Part shown: positions 9,773 to 21,200 of the stretch, piece after piece
Layout: each line of letters begins with the position of its first letter
Position numbering within the stretch: position 1 is the first letter of the stretch
Virus record (IMG/VR): IMGVR_UViG_3300025732_000037
Span: 1,834 to 65,833 of that record
Strand: one strand, 5' to 3'
DNA: 64,000 nucleotides
Source of the DNA: a virus
Taxonomy: Duplodnaviria > Caudoviricetes
The notes under the pieces: generated by a model
The model's input: the letters and a program-made list of their open reading frames with translations, nothing else
Databases searched by the model: none
Told to the model about the DNA's origin: nothing
Program-made: the position numbers and the translations under genes

Positions 9773-11110
9773 TCAATTACAATTCCAACGACGAAGTGCT
9801 TTATTAATCCTACTATCCGGATCTCTTGCAGTTTTTGCTGAAGTCAATTTGGATTTCATTCCGGACATACGACGACAAAATGACTTACGACGTTCTGCTC
9901 TTTTTCCTGTGGGATTTTTTTCAGTTACAGCAGTTTTAAGTTTTGAACCTGGATTTTCTCTACGATAAACATTTACTGCTTTTTGACTGAGACCATCGGT
10001 TTTATCTTGACGATTAACTTTTTGCCAATCTTCATCAACTTCAACTTCCTCTCCCATAGGTTTTACATAATTTCTATTTGGTCCTGGTTTTGGTGTACTT
10101 CCACCTTGAGTCCCGCAGGGTTGAATTAAAGGTTGTCCTGGTTGAAATTCAGAAACTGAATGATAAACTACTTTAGAACCTGGATAAACTTTTTGAAGTT
10201 CATCATTTATTTCTTTACGAGATGGAAGTTTTACTTGAGGGAAGAACATTTTTAGTGCATAATATTTACCTCTCCAAGAAACAGTAACTAAAATTATATT
10301 TCCTGTTTGTGACTTCAATTGAGTTGCTTCATCAACTTGAGATTTAAATCCTTTAATTGGTTCTGGTTTGATAATATCAACTACTTCCGCAAATGTATTT
10401 CCATCTGCATCTTCAATAGTAATATCTTCTTTCTTATATCCCTTTGCTTTTGGAACTCCTTTTGATGGAACACAATTTGGAACTTTTCTACCATTTTTCT
10501 TTTTCATTCCAACCTGAGTATAACCTTTCCAACAAGGATCTTCTTCTTTAAGGTCTTTGAGAATTTTATTTACCATTTTTTGTTCTTCCATTGGTTTAGA
10601 TGTAAGGTAATCTGCTGCTGTATCAATATAATCTGCTGCTTTTGTAATTTTTGATTGAACCCATGCCTCTAAATTCCCTTCACCTTTACCAACCGTCATT
10701 TTAAGTCTTTTAACAGCATCTGAAATAGTATTTAATTCAGATCTTGCCATCGAATACTCTTCATCTTTAATGGAAACTTTATCCCATGCTTTTTCTCCAT
10801 AAGAGCATTCAGATCTTTTTTCTCTTTTATCGCAAAGAGGACAATACCTTTCCTCTTCATGAGATTCTTTTACATCTTTAAATTTTTTATGCTCTTTTTT
10901 TGCAGATGTTTCCATTTTTTTAAGTCTTGTATAGTAATCTGGAATCTCATCGATATGTTGTAACGCAATATTCATTGCAAGATCATGATCCTTGGTATGT
11001 TCGTGTTCAATAGGTTCTCCCATATCAAGTTGCTTCTGAATAAAAGCAACATCAAGTCTATGCTTTTTTGCAATTTGCTCAACTGTTTTATGTGGTTTAA
11101 TTTTATACAT
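9773..11110 (-). CDS. Multi-module hypothetical protein between g16 and g17
   Basis: Modules EHEHTKD..HIDEIPDYYTRL, LEAWVQSKIT, DPCWKGY..VPNCVP and RRKSFCRRM..ALRRWNC joined by Glu-rich linkers. Confidence 0.75.
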   Translation of the reverse strand: MYKIKPHKTVEQIAKKHRLDVAFIQKQLDMGEPIEHEHTKDHDLAMNIALQHIDEIPDYYTRLKKMETSAKKEHKKFKDVKESHEEERYCPLCDKREKRSECSYGEKAWDKVSIKDEEYSMARSELNTISDAVKRLKMTVGKGEGNLEAWVQSKITKAADYIDTAADYLTSKPMEEQKMVNKILKDLKEEDPCWKGYTQVGMKKKNGRKVPNCVPSKGVPKAKGYKKEDITIEDADGNTFAEVVDIIKPEPIKGFKSQVDEATQLKSQTGNIILVTVSWRGKYYALKMFFPQVKLPSRKEINDELQKVYPGSKVVYHSVSEFQPGQPLIQPCGTQGGSTPKPGPNRNYVKPMGEEVEVDEDWQKVNRQDKTDGLSQKAVNVYRRENPGSKLKTAVTEKNPTGKRAERRKSFCRRMSGMKSKLTSAKTARDPDSRINKALRRWNCN

Positions 11111-11134
11111 CAGTATACGAGAACCTTTATTTAT

Positions 11135-11569
11135 TTATTTTTCTTCTTGTTCTTGAGAATGTTGTTTTAATAATTTTGCTAATTCTGCAGTTGATCCAAC
11201 AAAAAGTGCATTATTTACAGTAGTAGGACTTTTTTGTTTTTCTTCTTCAACATCTTTCTTTATCTTATGAAGTGCCATAAGTTTTTCAGCAATCTCACTT
11301 GTATTTTTGATAAGTTGACCTGCAACTTCATATGCTCTAGGCATTTCACTTTCTTGTGCTAGTTCAAGAATTCCATTAATTGCTTCTTGTCCTTTTTCTA
11401 CTAATGAATATAAGTTACCTCTTGCGTATTCGTAATCTTTTTTGATATCATCAGCAGTTGAAGCATACTTTTCGATTTCACCAGAAACTTCCTCAACTTT
11501 AATCGGAACAATATCTCCTTCAACATTGAAAGTTTCATTCAGTTTGTCAAACTTTTTTGTCATTTTCAT
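11135..11569 (-). CDS. g16: Terminase small subunit gp16
   Basis: DYEYARGNLY, PRAYEVAGQLIK, NNALFVGSTAEL motifs. Confidence 0.92.
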   Translation of the reverse strand: MKMTKKFDKLNETFNVEGDIVPIKVEEVSGEIEKYASTADDIKKDYEYARGNLYSLVEKGQEAINGILELAQESEMPRAYEVAGQLIKNTSEIAEKLMALHKIKKDVEEEKQKSPTTVNNALFVGSTAELAKLLKQHSQEQEEK

Positions 11570-11575
11570 AACCTA

Positions 11576-12577
11576 TCAAGAAATACTTCCACTAAAACCA
11601 AAGTCATCACCTTGTTCAATCAATGCATTATCTGCGGCAGTGATTGATTTAACTGGAGCACCTCCTAAGTGTGATGTTACTGTTGTATTGTCTTTACCTC
11701 TTTCTACAGTAAGAACATTTGCGGATTTTCCTACAACAAAAATTTCTTCTCCTTCCAAATCCAAATATGTATTTACTAATATAGAACTTGCATCATTAAC
11801 TGTAATAATAGTGTCAGTTGTTGTTATATCACTCGTTAAATTGGTTAAAACAATACCAGTGTAATTTTTAATTGCTCTTGGTTCAACCGAATACGCAATT
11901 TCTCTTGATGGATTTGAAGTAACATCTCCTGCAATATAACTGACAGTGGTTTTCTTGATAACATCTTTTGTGACAGAAGATACTGGGCCAAAGAGGTAAG
12001 TTTTTGCAGTAAATCTTAAAGTATAAATTAAAACTCTTCTTGTTGTGAAATCACCTTCATAATCATCCTGCATAGTAATATTTTCAAGAATAACGGGTAT
12101 ATCTCTTTTTTCTGCTATCGAATCTACCATTTCAACCGTCATTGTGTAAGCTGGTTGAAAATATGGTAAAATTTGCTCCACAATTTGAAGTGCGTCATCA
12201 TTTATTTTTGACATTATACTTAATTCAAATTGCATATTATATGGAACAGGCAAATACGCTTTTTTTGTTTCAGTTCCGTCTTCTACAGATTTGGCAGTAA
12301 AATATTGTGTAGTTGTTGATTTTCTTGTTGCATCATAAGTTAATCCTGTAAATTCAAATGACATTCTTGGTAATGTTATTTGAACTGGTTTATTTAAATT
12401 TGGAGATTGATTTAATCTAGCAAGAAATTTTTGAGTAGGTCCATATGCAAGTGGAACTTTAATAACGCTTACTACCTGATCCGAATTATTCGTATGTTCG
12501 ATAGAAATATTATTAAATAATGAACCAAATGAAATTACGGTTCTTCTTAAAATTTCGTGATAAAAATATTCAAACAT
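11576..12577 (-). CDS. g15: Tail sheath stabilizer/terminator gp15
   Basis: YFYHEILRR, VPLAYGP, LPRMSFE, QIVEQILPYFQP motifs. Confidence 0.93.
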   Translation of the reverse strand: MFEYFYHEILRRTVISFGSLFNNISIEHTNNSDQVVSVIKVPLAYGPTQKFLARLNQSPNLNKPVQITLPRMSFEFTGLTYDATRKSTTTQYFTAKSVEDGTETKKAYLPVPYNMQFELSIMSKINDDALQIVEQILPYFQPAYTMTVEMVDSIAEKRDIPVILENITMQDDYEGDFTTRRVLIYTLRFTAKTYLFGPVSSVTKDVIKKTTVSYIAGDVTSNPSREIAYSVEPRAIKNYTGIVLTNLTSDITTTDTIITVNDASSILVNTYLDLEGEEIFVVGKSANVLTVERGKDNTTVTSHLGGAPVKSITAADNALIEQGDDFGFSGSIS

Positions 12578-12625
12578 ATGGATTAACTTATAATAGGTTC
12601 AATTATTAATTAATATTTATCATTA

Positions 12626-14044
12626 TTAGGGCATTCCAAATGGATTGGTTTCATTAAAATCTATAATTTTATCTGCTTCTTCTTCAATTTCATCATTTGC
12701 AGAAAAACCATCTTTAAAAATAGATGGTATAGCATTAATAGAACGTAAATAATGAGATGCACTAGATGCAGAACCAACAATGTTCTCTCCTGGAATAAAT
12801 TCTCCAGTAAGATTAGATACCTGAAGAACCTTAGTAGTAGAATTCCAAGATTTAACTCTTGCAGTAACTCCACTTTGGGAACCTGTTACTAGTTCGTTGA
12901 AAGTAAAGTTACCAACTGAAGACAATAATGGATTTCCAATTGTAATTGTAGGAGATGAAACATAACCTAAACCTGCATCTATAATATTGATAGCAGTAAT
13001 TGATCCAGCAGCGGAAACTACTGCTGCAGCAACAGCAGGGGCAGAGGAAATACCAGTAAATGTAACTGAAGGACTATATACATAACCAGAACCTCCATTA
13101 GTAATAGTAATTATTCCAACAATTCCATCACCAATAGTTGCTGTAGCCGCAGCTCCACTACCTCCACCTCCAATAAATTTAACAGTAGGTGGAGTTGTAT
13201 ATCCAAAACCCGCATTTGTAACTGAAACACTTTGAACCGATTTTGCTTTGGGATTTAAGTTATCATTGCAAACTACAATTCCTCCTATCATTTCTGCGAC
13301 AGCACTTGCAGTAGTACCGCCACTAGGAGCAGAAGTAAATCCAACTATAGGTGTACTCGTATATCCTCCTCCGCGATTGGTAACTGTAACAAATCTTACT
13401 CCACCATTTACAATCTGACAGGTTGCAGTAGCCGTAATGCCAATTCCGGACATAACCAGATTGACGATATTTCCAATGGGATTTTTTTCTGGATCAGTCG
13501 AATCTCCCCCAGAAATAAGACCATCAATTTCATCAATTCCAGTATCAATCAACTCATCTTCATATCTAAAGAGTTCACATCTTAATTCATACGTATAATT
13601 TCCTTGTAATTGATAGAAAGGTTTTTCGTGCTCAACATATTTTATTTCAAATAAACGATCACCTAAAGGAAAATATATTAAATCACCTTCTTTTGGTCTT
13701 TTTGATAATTTTATATTTGATTGATTTTCAATTAATGGAGAAATGTAATTTTCATACCTTTCTCTAGAAATTGTCAATGTAATCTCATTCAGAGCTTGAA
13801 TTCCGAATTTTGATAAAATGGTTGGATTGTCCGAATAACCTTCATAAGTATTAATATATGCCTCAATAGGATAAGCATTATTAAATTCAGATTCTATTAC
13901 TTCCCTTATAACTGTTTTTTCTGTAATATATCTTCGAGGAAGATAATAAACATCAATGCCATACATTCTCAACTGCTCGTTGATTAAGTCTTGTATAAGA
14001 CCTCTTTCCGTATTAGATCCTTGCAGGAAGAATGGATTTAGCAT
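12626..14044 (-). CDS. g14: Neck protein gp14 with a Gly/Thr-rich repeat insertion
   Basis: RPKEGDLIYFP, EHEKPFYQL, C-terminal FNETNPFG; internal GxGY repeats. Confidence 0.9.
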   Translation of the reverse strand: MLNPFFLQGSNTERGLIQDLINEQLRMYGIDVYYLPRRYITEKTVIREVIESEFNNAYPIEAYINTYEGYSDNPTILSKFGIQALNEITLTISRERYENYISPLIENQSNIKLSKRPKEGDLIYFPLGDRLFEIKYVEHEKPFYQLQGNYTYELRCELFRYEDELIDTGIDEIDGLISGGDSTDPEKNPIGNIVNLVMSGIGITATATCQIVNGGVRFVTVTNRGGGYTSTPIVGFTSAPSGGTTASAVAEMIGGIVVCNDNLNPKAKSVQSVSVTNAGFGYTTPPTVKFIGGGGSGAAATATIGDGIVGIITITNGGSGYVYSPSVTFTGISSAPAVAAAVVSAAGSITAINIIDAGLGYVSSPTITIGNPLLSSVGNFTFNELVTGSQSGVTARVKSWNSTTKVLQVSNLTGEFIPGENIVGSASSASHYLRSINAIPSIFKDGFSANDEIEEEADKIIDFNETNPFGMP

Positions 14045-14049
14045 TTTTT

Positions 14050-14895
14050 CTAACCTATCATATCTAGTGGTGGAAGTTCATAAGTATTTGACATTTTTTC
14101 CATCAACAAGTCAATTTCTCTTTGCGCATCGTCATACATTTGCCTTCCATTCAATTCAACTCCACCTGGAAGTTTTACTCCAGTAAATTTCATCATATTT
14201 TGTCCCCATTGTCGTTTAATTAATGAAGTCAAATATGGTTTTATAAATGAGTCATTCCACACTCTAGAATAATCATTTGGATCTAATGTTGAATAGCAAT
14301 CAATTATTAAATATTGACCTTCTCTTACCGATGCCCAATCAATATCCAAGTAAAGACGATCTTGTCTTTTATTAAAACGAATTTGTTTTTGCGTGTTAAG
14401 TAAAAAATCTAAATCTTCCAAATAAGTTTTAACCATAGCATAACTAAGAAGTTCAATAGATCCCCAATAATAAATATCATTTAAAAATAATTGATATTTA
14501 ACACTAAACATATTGTGAGTAATTGTATTAGCCCCATCAAAAGTAAAAATTTTATTTACACCTATAACATTTGGTGGAACTTGTAAGTAATTACTATTTT
14601 CTTCATACGTAAAAGTAGTAGCAGTTCCTACAATATTTGCAGTAACTGATGTTGATGCAATTCCAACCGGTGAGGTTGGTCCGCGTGCTCTTCCTCTATC
14701 AATATCATCTTTTGTTATTTTATACTTATAAAAAGCTGGATAAACGCCATCGAAATGCCTTTCTTGGAAAAATTGAATAGCATCATCCACCAGATCATCA
14801 ATCTGTTCATCTGCAACATTAATTTCTAATACTGGTGCCCCCAATTTTCTTTTGCAATAATCTATTAATTCTTGCCTGGTGGATGGTTGTGCCAT
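14050..14895 (-). CDS. g13: Neck protein gp13
   Basis: YCKRKLGAPVLEINV and KLPGGVELNG motifs. Confidence 0.93.
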   Translation of the reverse strand: MAQPSTRQELIDYCKRKLGAPVLEINVADEQIDDLVDDAIQFFQERHFDGVYPAFYKYKITKDDIDRGRARGPTSPVGIASTSVTANIVGTATTFTYEENSNYLQVPPNVIGVNKIFTFDGANTITHNMFSVKYQLFLNDIYYWGSIELLSYAMVKTYLEDLDFLLNTQKQIRFNKRQDRLYLDIDWASVREGQYLIIDCYSTLDPNDYSRVWNDSFIKPYLTSLIKRQWGQNMMKFTGVKLPGGVELNGRQMYDDAQREIDLLMEKMSNTYELPPLDMIG

Positions 14896-15059
14896 TAGAG
14901 TTTAGATATTACTTCTTGTTGTTTAAAGTAAAGTTTAACATAAGACTTTGCAAAAATTCTTAAAGTCTCAATATCATCTATACTATCTATGTCTCTTGAA
15001 ATTTTCTCATATTCAAATAATTTACTAAAGTTTTCGAGAGATATTTTGTCAGGATCCAT
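14895..15059 (-). CDS. 54-aa two-helix protein, NblA-like pattern
   Basis: Hand translation MDPDKISLENFSKLFEYEKISRDIDSIDDIETLRIFAKSYVKLYFKQQEVISKL; stop overlaps the g13 ATG. Confidence 0.6.
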   Translation of the reverse strand: MDPDKISLENFSKLFEYEKISRDIDSIDDIETLRIFAKSYVKLYFKQQEVISKL

Positions 15060-15279
15060 TTTTTAAATTCCTCAATAAGTTTTTAATTTCATTAATATCG
15101 TCTTTAATACTATTTAAGTCATCTTCAAGGTTTTTAATTTTTTGTGACTCATTATATACTCTTCTATAATTGTCAACATAATTTTGGTAAGCATCAGTAT
15201 CAATATTCACTATTCCATTTGAGGTAACATCCCTTACCAAACTATTTTTATCTTTTACTTTTATTAGATAATCGCTCAT
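15049..15279 (-). CDS. Small coiled-coil hypothetical protein
   Basis: 76 aa, heptad-rich C-terminus (LEDDLNSIKDDINEIKNLL). Confidence 0.7.
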   Translation of the reverse strand: MSDYLIKVKDKNSLVRDVTSNGIVNIDTDAYQNYVDNYRRVYNESQKIKNLEDDLNSIKDDINEIKNLLRNLKNGS

Positions 15280-15281
15280 AA

Positions 15282-18200
15282 TTAATTAGTAGGTCTAATA
15301 GTAGCAATTGCTCTTAACTCTTTCACCATAGGAGGAGTTGCTTGATTTTCAGAAGACATCACAATTTTAATAGAAAATGCATCAAACTCTGGCAAATCAT
15401 CTGCAGTGTATTCATAGTCTTTAAATGATCTATCAGAATTTTGAATTACATTTCTGTCAGATGTTCCATCATTTCTTGATTTATCAATTACTCTTCTAAT
15501 GCCCTGGCCATCTATTTGGTAATTTAAATAACCTGGGAAAAGTTCATAATTTTGAGAAATTTCTGGAGAATCTGTTCTAAACAATCTATAAAATACTCTA
15601 ATATCATTTTGAGTATTTCTGCTAGCACTTAGAAGAACCTTTAACGAATTAGCAGGTATTTTTAATTTAACTGGTTTTGAAATGTAAATTGAAGAATGAG
15701 TATCTTCATAAAGACTTCTAACTTTATCATCATCCGCATAAGTTGCACTTTCACCAATTCCATTTGGATTATTGACTAAATTGCTGGTTAAAATTAGAGA
15801 TGTTTTGATTGTATCAATTACTGGGGAAACTCTAGGATCATTAGATCTCATTAAGAATTCCATTGTCAATGACTTAGAACCCGGACTATTTGTAATATGT
15901 CTGAGTTCATTTTCTTTTGAACAAATTACTCTCGGTGTTGATAAGTAATTTATTTCATTAATTTGTATATCTTCATATCCATTATCAACAAATGAATTTT
16001 CATTTCCTCCAACACTAGTTCCAGTAAATGTCCTTATCTTTGAGGACATCGATGTTCCTGCGGGAATAATATTTGCAATATTTGGCGTAACTACCTCAAA
16101 TTGAATATTATTGGTTATGTTTGTACCTGCTTTTCCAGTCTGTATGGTCTTTAAGAAATATCTATCAGAAGATCTATCAATTCCTATTGAATTACCTTCA
16201 AAGTCAGTAGATCCCATTTCAAGTTTAATATAATAACTATTCAAATCTACTGGATGAATATCTTTATCCACTAAGGTTAAATTATGAACTTTGTTAAGTC
16301 TTCTTAAAGAAATTCCATTAAATTCATACTTTTCAACAATACTTCCTACTGGATAAACTAATTGAGAAACAATAGTTCCATCTACACCTCTTTCAGATAT
16401 ATTCAAAGTATTTCCAGAAACTGATGTATATTCAAATACTTCATATCCAATTATTGCATATCCTGGATTTGATGGACTTACCGCATATCCTTCAAAAGTT
16501 TCAAATCCCGAAGAACTTTCTAATGTAATTGATGATGAAGATTGATTAAAATCTGTTGTACTATCTGAAGAAGGTTCATTTGAAGTAGGTCTCAACTTAG
16601 AAATCCTTACATAATTTTCGGAAGAATGCATTCCATGGTTTGCATGATATATCTTCATATGAATTCCAGTATTGTATTGATCAAGAAAAATACTTGAAAT
16701 CGTCACACCAGCCCCAACAAGAGTCGTTGCACCAGATGAATTTTTATATGATAGTGCTGTAGATCCGGTGTTAAATTGTCCTTGTACTTGATCTAAAACA
16801 AATGTATTATTGGATGATATTGTAGAAACGGAGAATTTAGCACCAAAACCAACATTCAATTGAGATTCAGATTCTGGTATTACTAAAATATCTCCAACTT
16901 GATATCCATTTCCGCCATTTGCAATTGAAATAGTAGATATTTTATTAGAAGAAACTGTAATTGTTGCAGTCGCTCCTCTACCAAAACCCGTCTCTGATTC
17001 TAAAGAAACATTGGAATAAATTCCATCACTATATCCAGTACCTACGTTAATAACAGTACATCCAGTTCCAACAGTTATACTTCCAGCAATTCCATTTAGA
17101 ATAGCAGTAGAACTTCCCTGAAGAATAGTAACTCCAGGTACAACATTAGCTAAATCGAATCCAGTAGATCCCAAACCAACTACAATTTTCTTCGACAATG
17201 GAACCAATTGATTTGTTCCAGTAACTGTAATTTTTTGATTTGACAGTGATAGATTTGGATTAAAGAATCTAACAAGTCCTTCATTTACAAAGTTTGCTCT
17301 ATAAATTCTATACTTCAAGTCTTCTAATTGAGCAGGAGACCAAGTTGTGCCATTTTGAGATTTGAACAGACTCCCCAATGTGTATTGCTGAGAAACTTTT
17401 ACTCCAGTTTGGATATCATTTTGTCCTAATTCCGAGCAAAATACTCTATAATTTGGACTTGCTGATAAAAGAACGATTGCATATTCAGATGCCTGTTGAG
17501 TTCCGACTGGTGATGATCTTGTTGGTATTTCTTTAGGACCATTTAAGTAGACAGGAGATGGGAATCTAATATTTGTAGCAATAGAACCATCAGTAGATAC
17601 ATTGATTTGATCTGGTTCTAAAGTAACTGAAGAGAAAGGAACTATCATATTGCTAGGAACACCAGCAACCATAGGTCTTATTTGTAAGGTTACTGGTAAG
17701 TTATCATCTTTAGTTTCAAAGAAAATATCACATGATGTCAAGAAAATTCCTGATTCATCTCTAACGTAGAAAGATTGTGCAAGTGGATCCCATACTTCCC
17801 ACTGAGTTGGTGTTGAGTCGGATAGACCCGGAGTTACATTAACATCATTAGTTAATGTAGTTGTATTTGTAATTGTAGTTATATTTCTAGTTCTTGCAGG
17901 AATGATTGTAATATTTCTTGTAGTAGTAATCTTAAGTTCTTCTACGTTTATAATTCCTGAAGAAGTAAATTCTTCCTCTGCAGAACTTTCAGTAACTCTA
18001 GTATTTGCAATAAATTCATTATAAACTTTGTTCAAATCACTAAGATTTGGAGTGTCAATTACAGTAAATGTATTTTGTCCATTTGTCCATTTTGGATTTC
18101 CTATAATTTTTGGATTAGGAATAAAAATAGAACCTAATAATCTTCCACTACTATCAGAAACTAAACGGACATCAGTTACCCTAGCAACTGCTCCAGAAGA

Positions 18201-21200
18201 TGCTCCAATTAAAACCATATCAGGTTTTGCTAAACCAAAATATTCAGTTTCTGATGGAAGTTGTAATGATAAAGTATCAACATTTAAGAAAATTGACGCT
18301 TCGGAATAATCATCAGGAATTGCTTGTTGCGTATATGGATTTAATTTAAATACATCAGGTTTAAATTGAGAAATTGGAGGTACTGGTAAAAATTGACCAG
18401 TAGTAAAATCAATAACTGGAATTGGATTGGATATTAATGGAGGATTTGAACCATCAAAAGGACCGGTTTTATGATTTGGTTTGCACAACCTAAATGATAT
18501 ACTAGAACTAGTAAACAGTGGACTGCTTGTTACTTTTTCTCCGATTTGGAATTTTCCAGAAATCATTTCAATTTCTAATAATTTAGGAGTTATATAGTTG
18601 GAAACATCTATTCCTTCAAAGAATGGATAGAATCTAGTTCTAGGACGAAGACCTTTAATATCAAATTCAATATTTCTACTTCTTAAGTATCTTACTGGTT
18701 CAGTATAATGTGATATTGATTCGGATATAGTTTCTTGTGTTATTATTTCTGGAGGTATTATTATGCTTTGTGTTGCACTTTCTGTGACAAGATTACTATT
18801 CTCTATAACTTCTATAGATCCACCTCCACCTGAAGCCATATCAATTTCAATAACACCAAACCCAAGACCTCCTCCCGCATCAATTCTATTGAAAAATGCC
18901 GTTGCTGCATCTGGGGGAAGTAATTTGGAAATTATATCTCTATCTTCAGCAGTAACATCTGCAAAGTTAACTTCAAGGTGTAAGGTACTTGATCCTTTTA
19001 TAAATCCAGTCTCATTATTTCTCCATCCCCCACTCCATCTTCCTTGTCCACCTGAACTGTCAACTGCAACAGGAACTCCTCCAATAGAAGTAACACCACT
19101 AAGAATATTTCTAGCATTTTGAATCCAGGTATTGTTTTCAATACCATTCATTACATTTATATCATCTACATTTACTCTATTGTCAACTACGACATTATTG
19201 ATTAATGTTATATTTTCATCAGGAAGTGCAGCAGCAGTTTTGGTATTTTCAACTAAATTAGTTACTGTTCTAAAATCCTCCTCTATCCAAGAATCCATTG
19301 GCGGATTTAATGTAATTAACCCTTGCCAATATCTTACGAGGAATGGAGTTACGCTTTCAGTCTTAGTTGCATAAGGTTGTTCATAATATAAAGTTTCACT
19401 ATAATCTAGTGTAATTAAATCTCCAGTCTTTCTGACGCCAGGAGAACCTAAATCAGCAACATAACTTTTGTCTACATTTGGATTAAATGTCTGACCAACA
19501 CCTGATATAGATTCTGAACCCAATTCTAAATCTATACTAGTTGTATAGTGTCTAGGTCTTAATGCATTCTTACTTGTATCAATCGCACTTCTATATGAAG
19601 GATTTGATGTATCATGATACATTTGAGTAGAAAAGTTGTCTACAAAAAATCCACACTTAAACCTATCAAGTCCAGTTTCTGCATCCTTTATCGTAAGATT
19701 TTCGGTTTTAGACTCTAACATTGTCAGAGTTGTATACTTTTCCAATCTTTGAATTCTATCTTCCAATAGAGAAATATCCGACATTCGATATCTCTTATGT
19801 ACCGACATATCAACTGCTACATTATTAGTGTTAAAAGTATATGGTGGAACATATATTGTTGCTATATCTAATGTGTTATCCTTAATTTGTGCTGGCAAAG
19901 GAACATTTTTTGGCTGACCGCTAATAACTTCAAAAAGTCCATCTGGTTTTAGAATAACGCGATCAACTCTACCGACATAATAATCATAATTTAACAGAAT
20001 ATTTTCACCAGATGCTAAAATATATTGAGAATATTGTCCATCCGACGCAAAATTTCTTGAATTAAATTCAAAAGGAGATCTTGTAGAAAGAATGTATGGT
20101 GCAACTCTGGGTCTTATATCAATGCAATCAGTTAATCTTGAATTTTGATAATAAGGAACATTGTGCTTAAAGTTTTCAACAGAATAACTATTTGCAGTTA
20201 TAAATTCTCCAGTATCAGAAGAATCGATAGTATAATTTTGGAATATAACTCTTAATTTTCCTTTAGGTTCTTCAACATTTCTTTTTCTAATAATTCTGGA
20301 ATAATCATAGAATGTTGATCTCTGACCATCATCGAGATAGTAATTATTTGATACGTTTTTACTTCCAGTTACTTTTGCTGATACTGTAGATTCTACAGAA
20401 GAATCTTTACCAACAATAACTTCACCAATACTAAAATTAAATGTGTTTAAGAATACATATTCAAGTTTATCAGAATCTTTTTTATTTACAATTAATCCAA
20501 CAGCACCAGATGATTTTCCAGTAATTATCTCACCAATAACATAATCAGAATTATTATTTGAAGGTCCTGTAAATCCTGTCAGTGCTAAGTTAGGTAAAAT
20601 AGGATCATTTTTATCTTCAGATTCATAAATTGCTAAAAATCTGACTACATCTGGAACATTTAAAGATATTTCTCTGTCTTGAACTCTTGTTCCATAGACA
20701 TTGCTATAGGTAAGACCATCATTGAGTGTTGTAGTTCCAATTCCAGAAAGAGTTAGTTTTGAATTTGAGACTATAATTGAAGAAGTTTTATTTAACTTTT
20801 TATTTTTGGAACTTGCGCTTATATTTTTAACAGTTGCAGTAACAATAGCGTTTCCACTACTAACACTAAGTCCAGAAAATGTTACTGTTTTTCCTGTACC
20901 ACCTAGCAAGAATTGATCTCTTCTTAGTGGTTCATATGATCCATCAGCATATGAAATAACATATCTATCTTCATCAAATGATTCAAAGAAAATATCAGTA
21001 TCTTCAGTTGGAATAGTAATGACTAAAGTATTCAATGAAACTACTTCTTCAAATACTCTTCTTTGAAGAATTTCATTTTCAGAAAAATTAATTGAAGATA
21101 TATTTTTATTTCCTAATCTCGTTAATAATGAATTATCTCTCGAATTTACATTTGAAGTAATTTTGAGAATATTTTGTACTGTTATATTTGAGGAAGGTAA

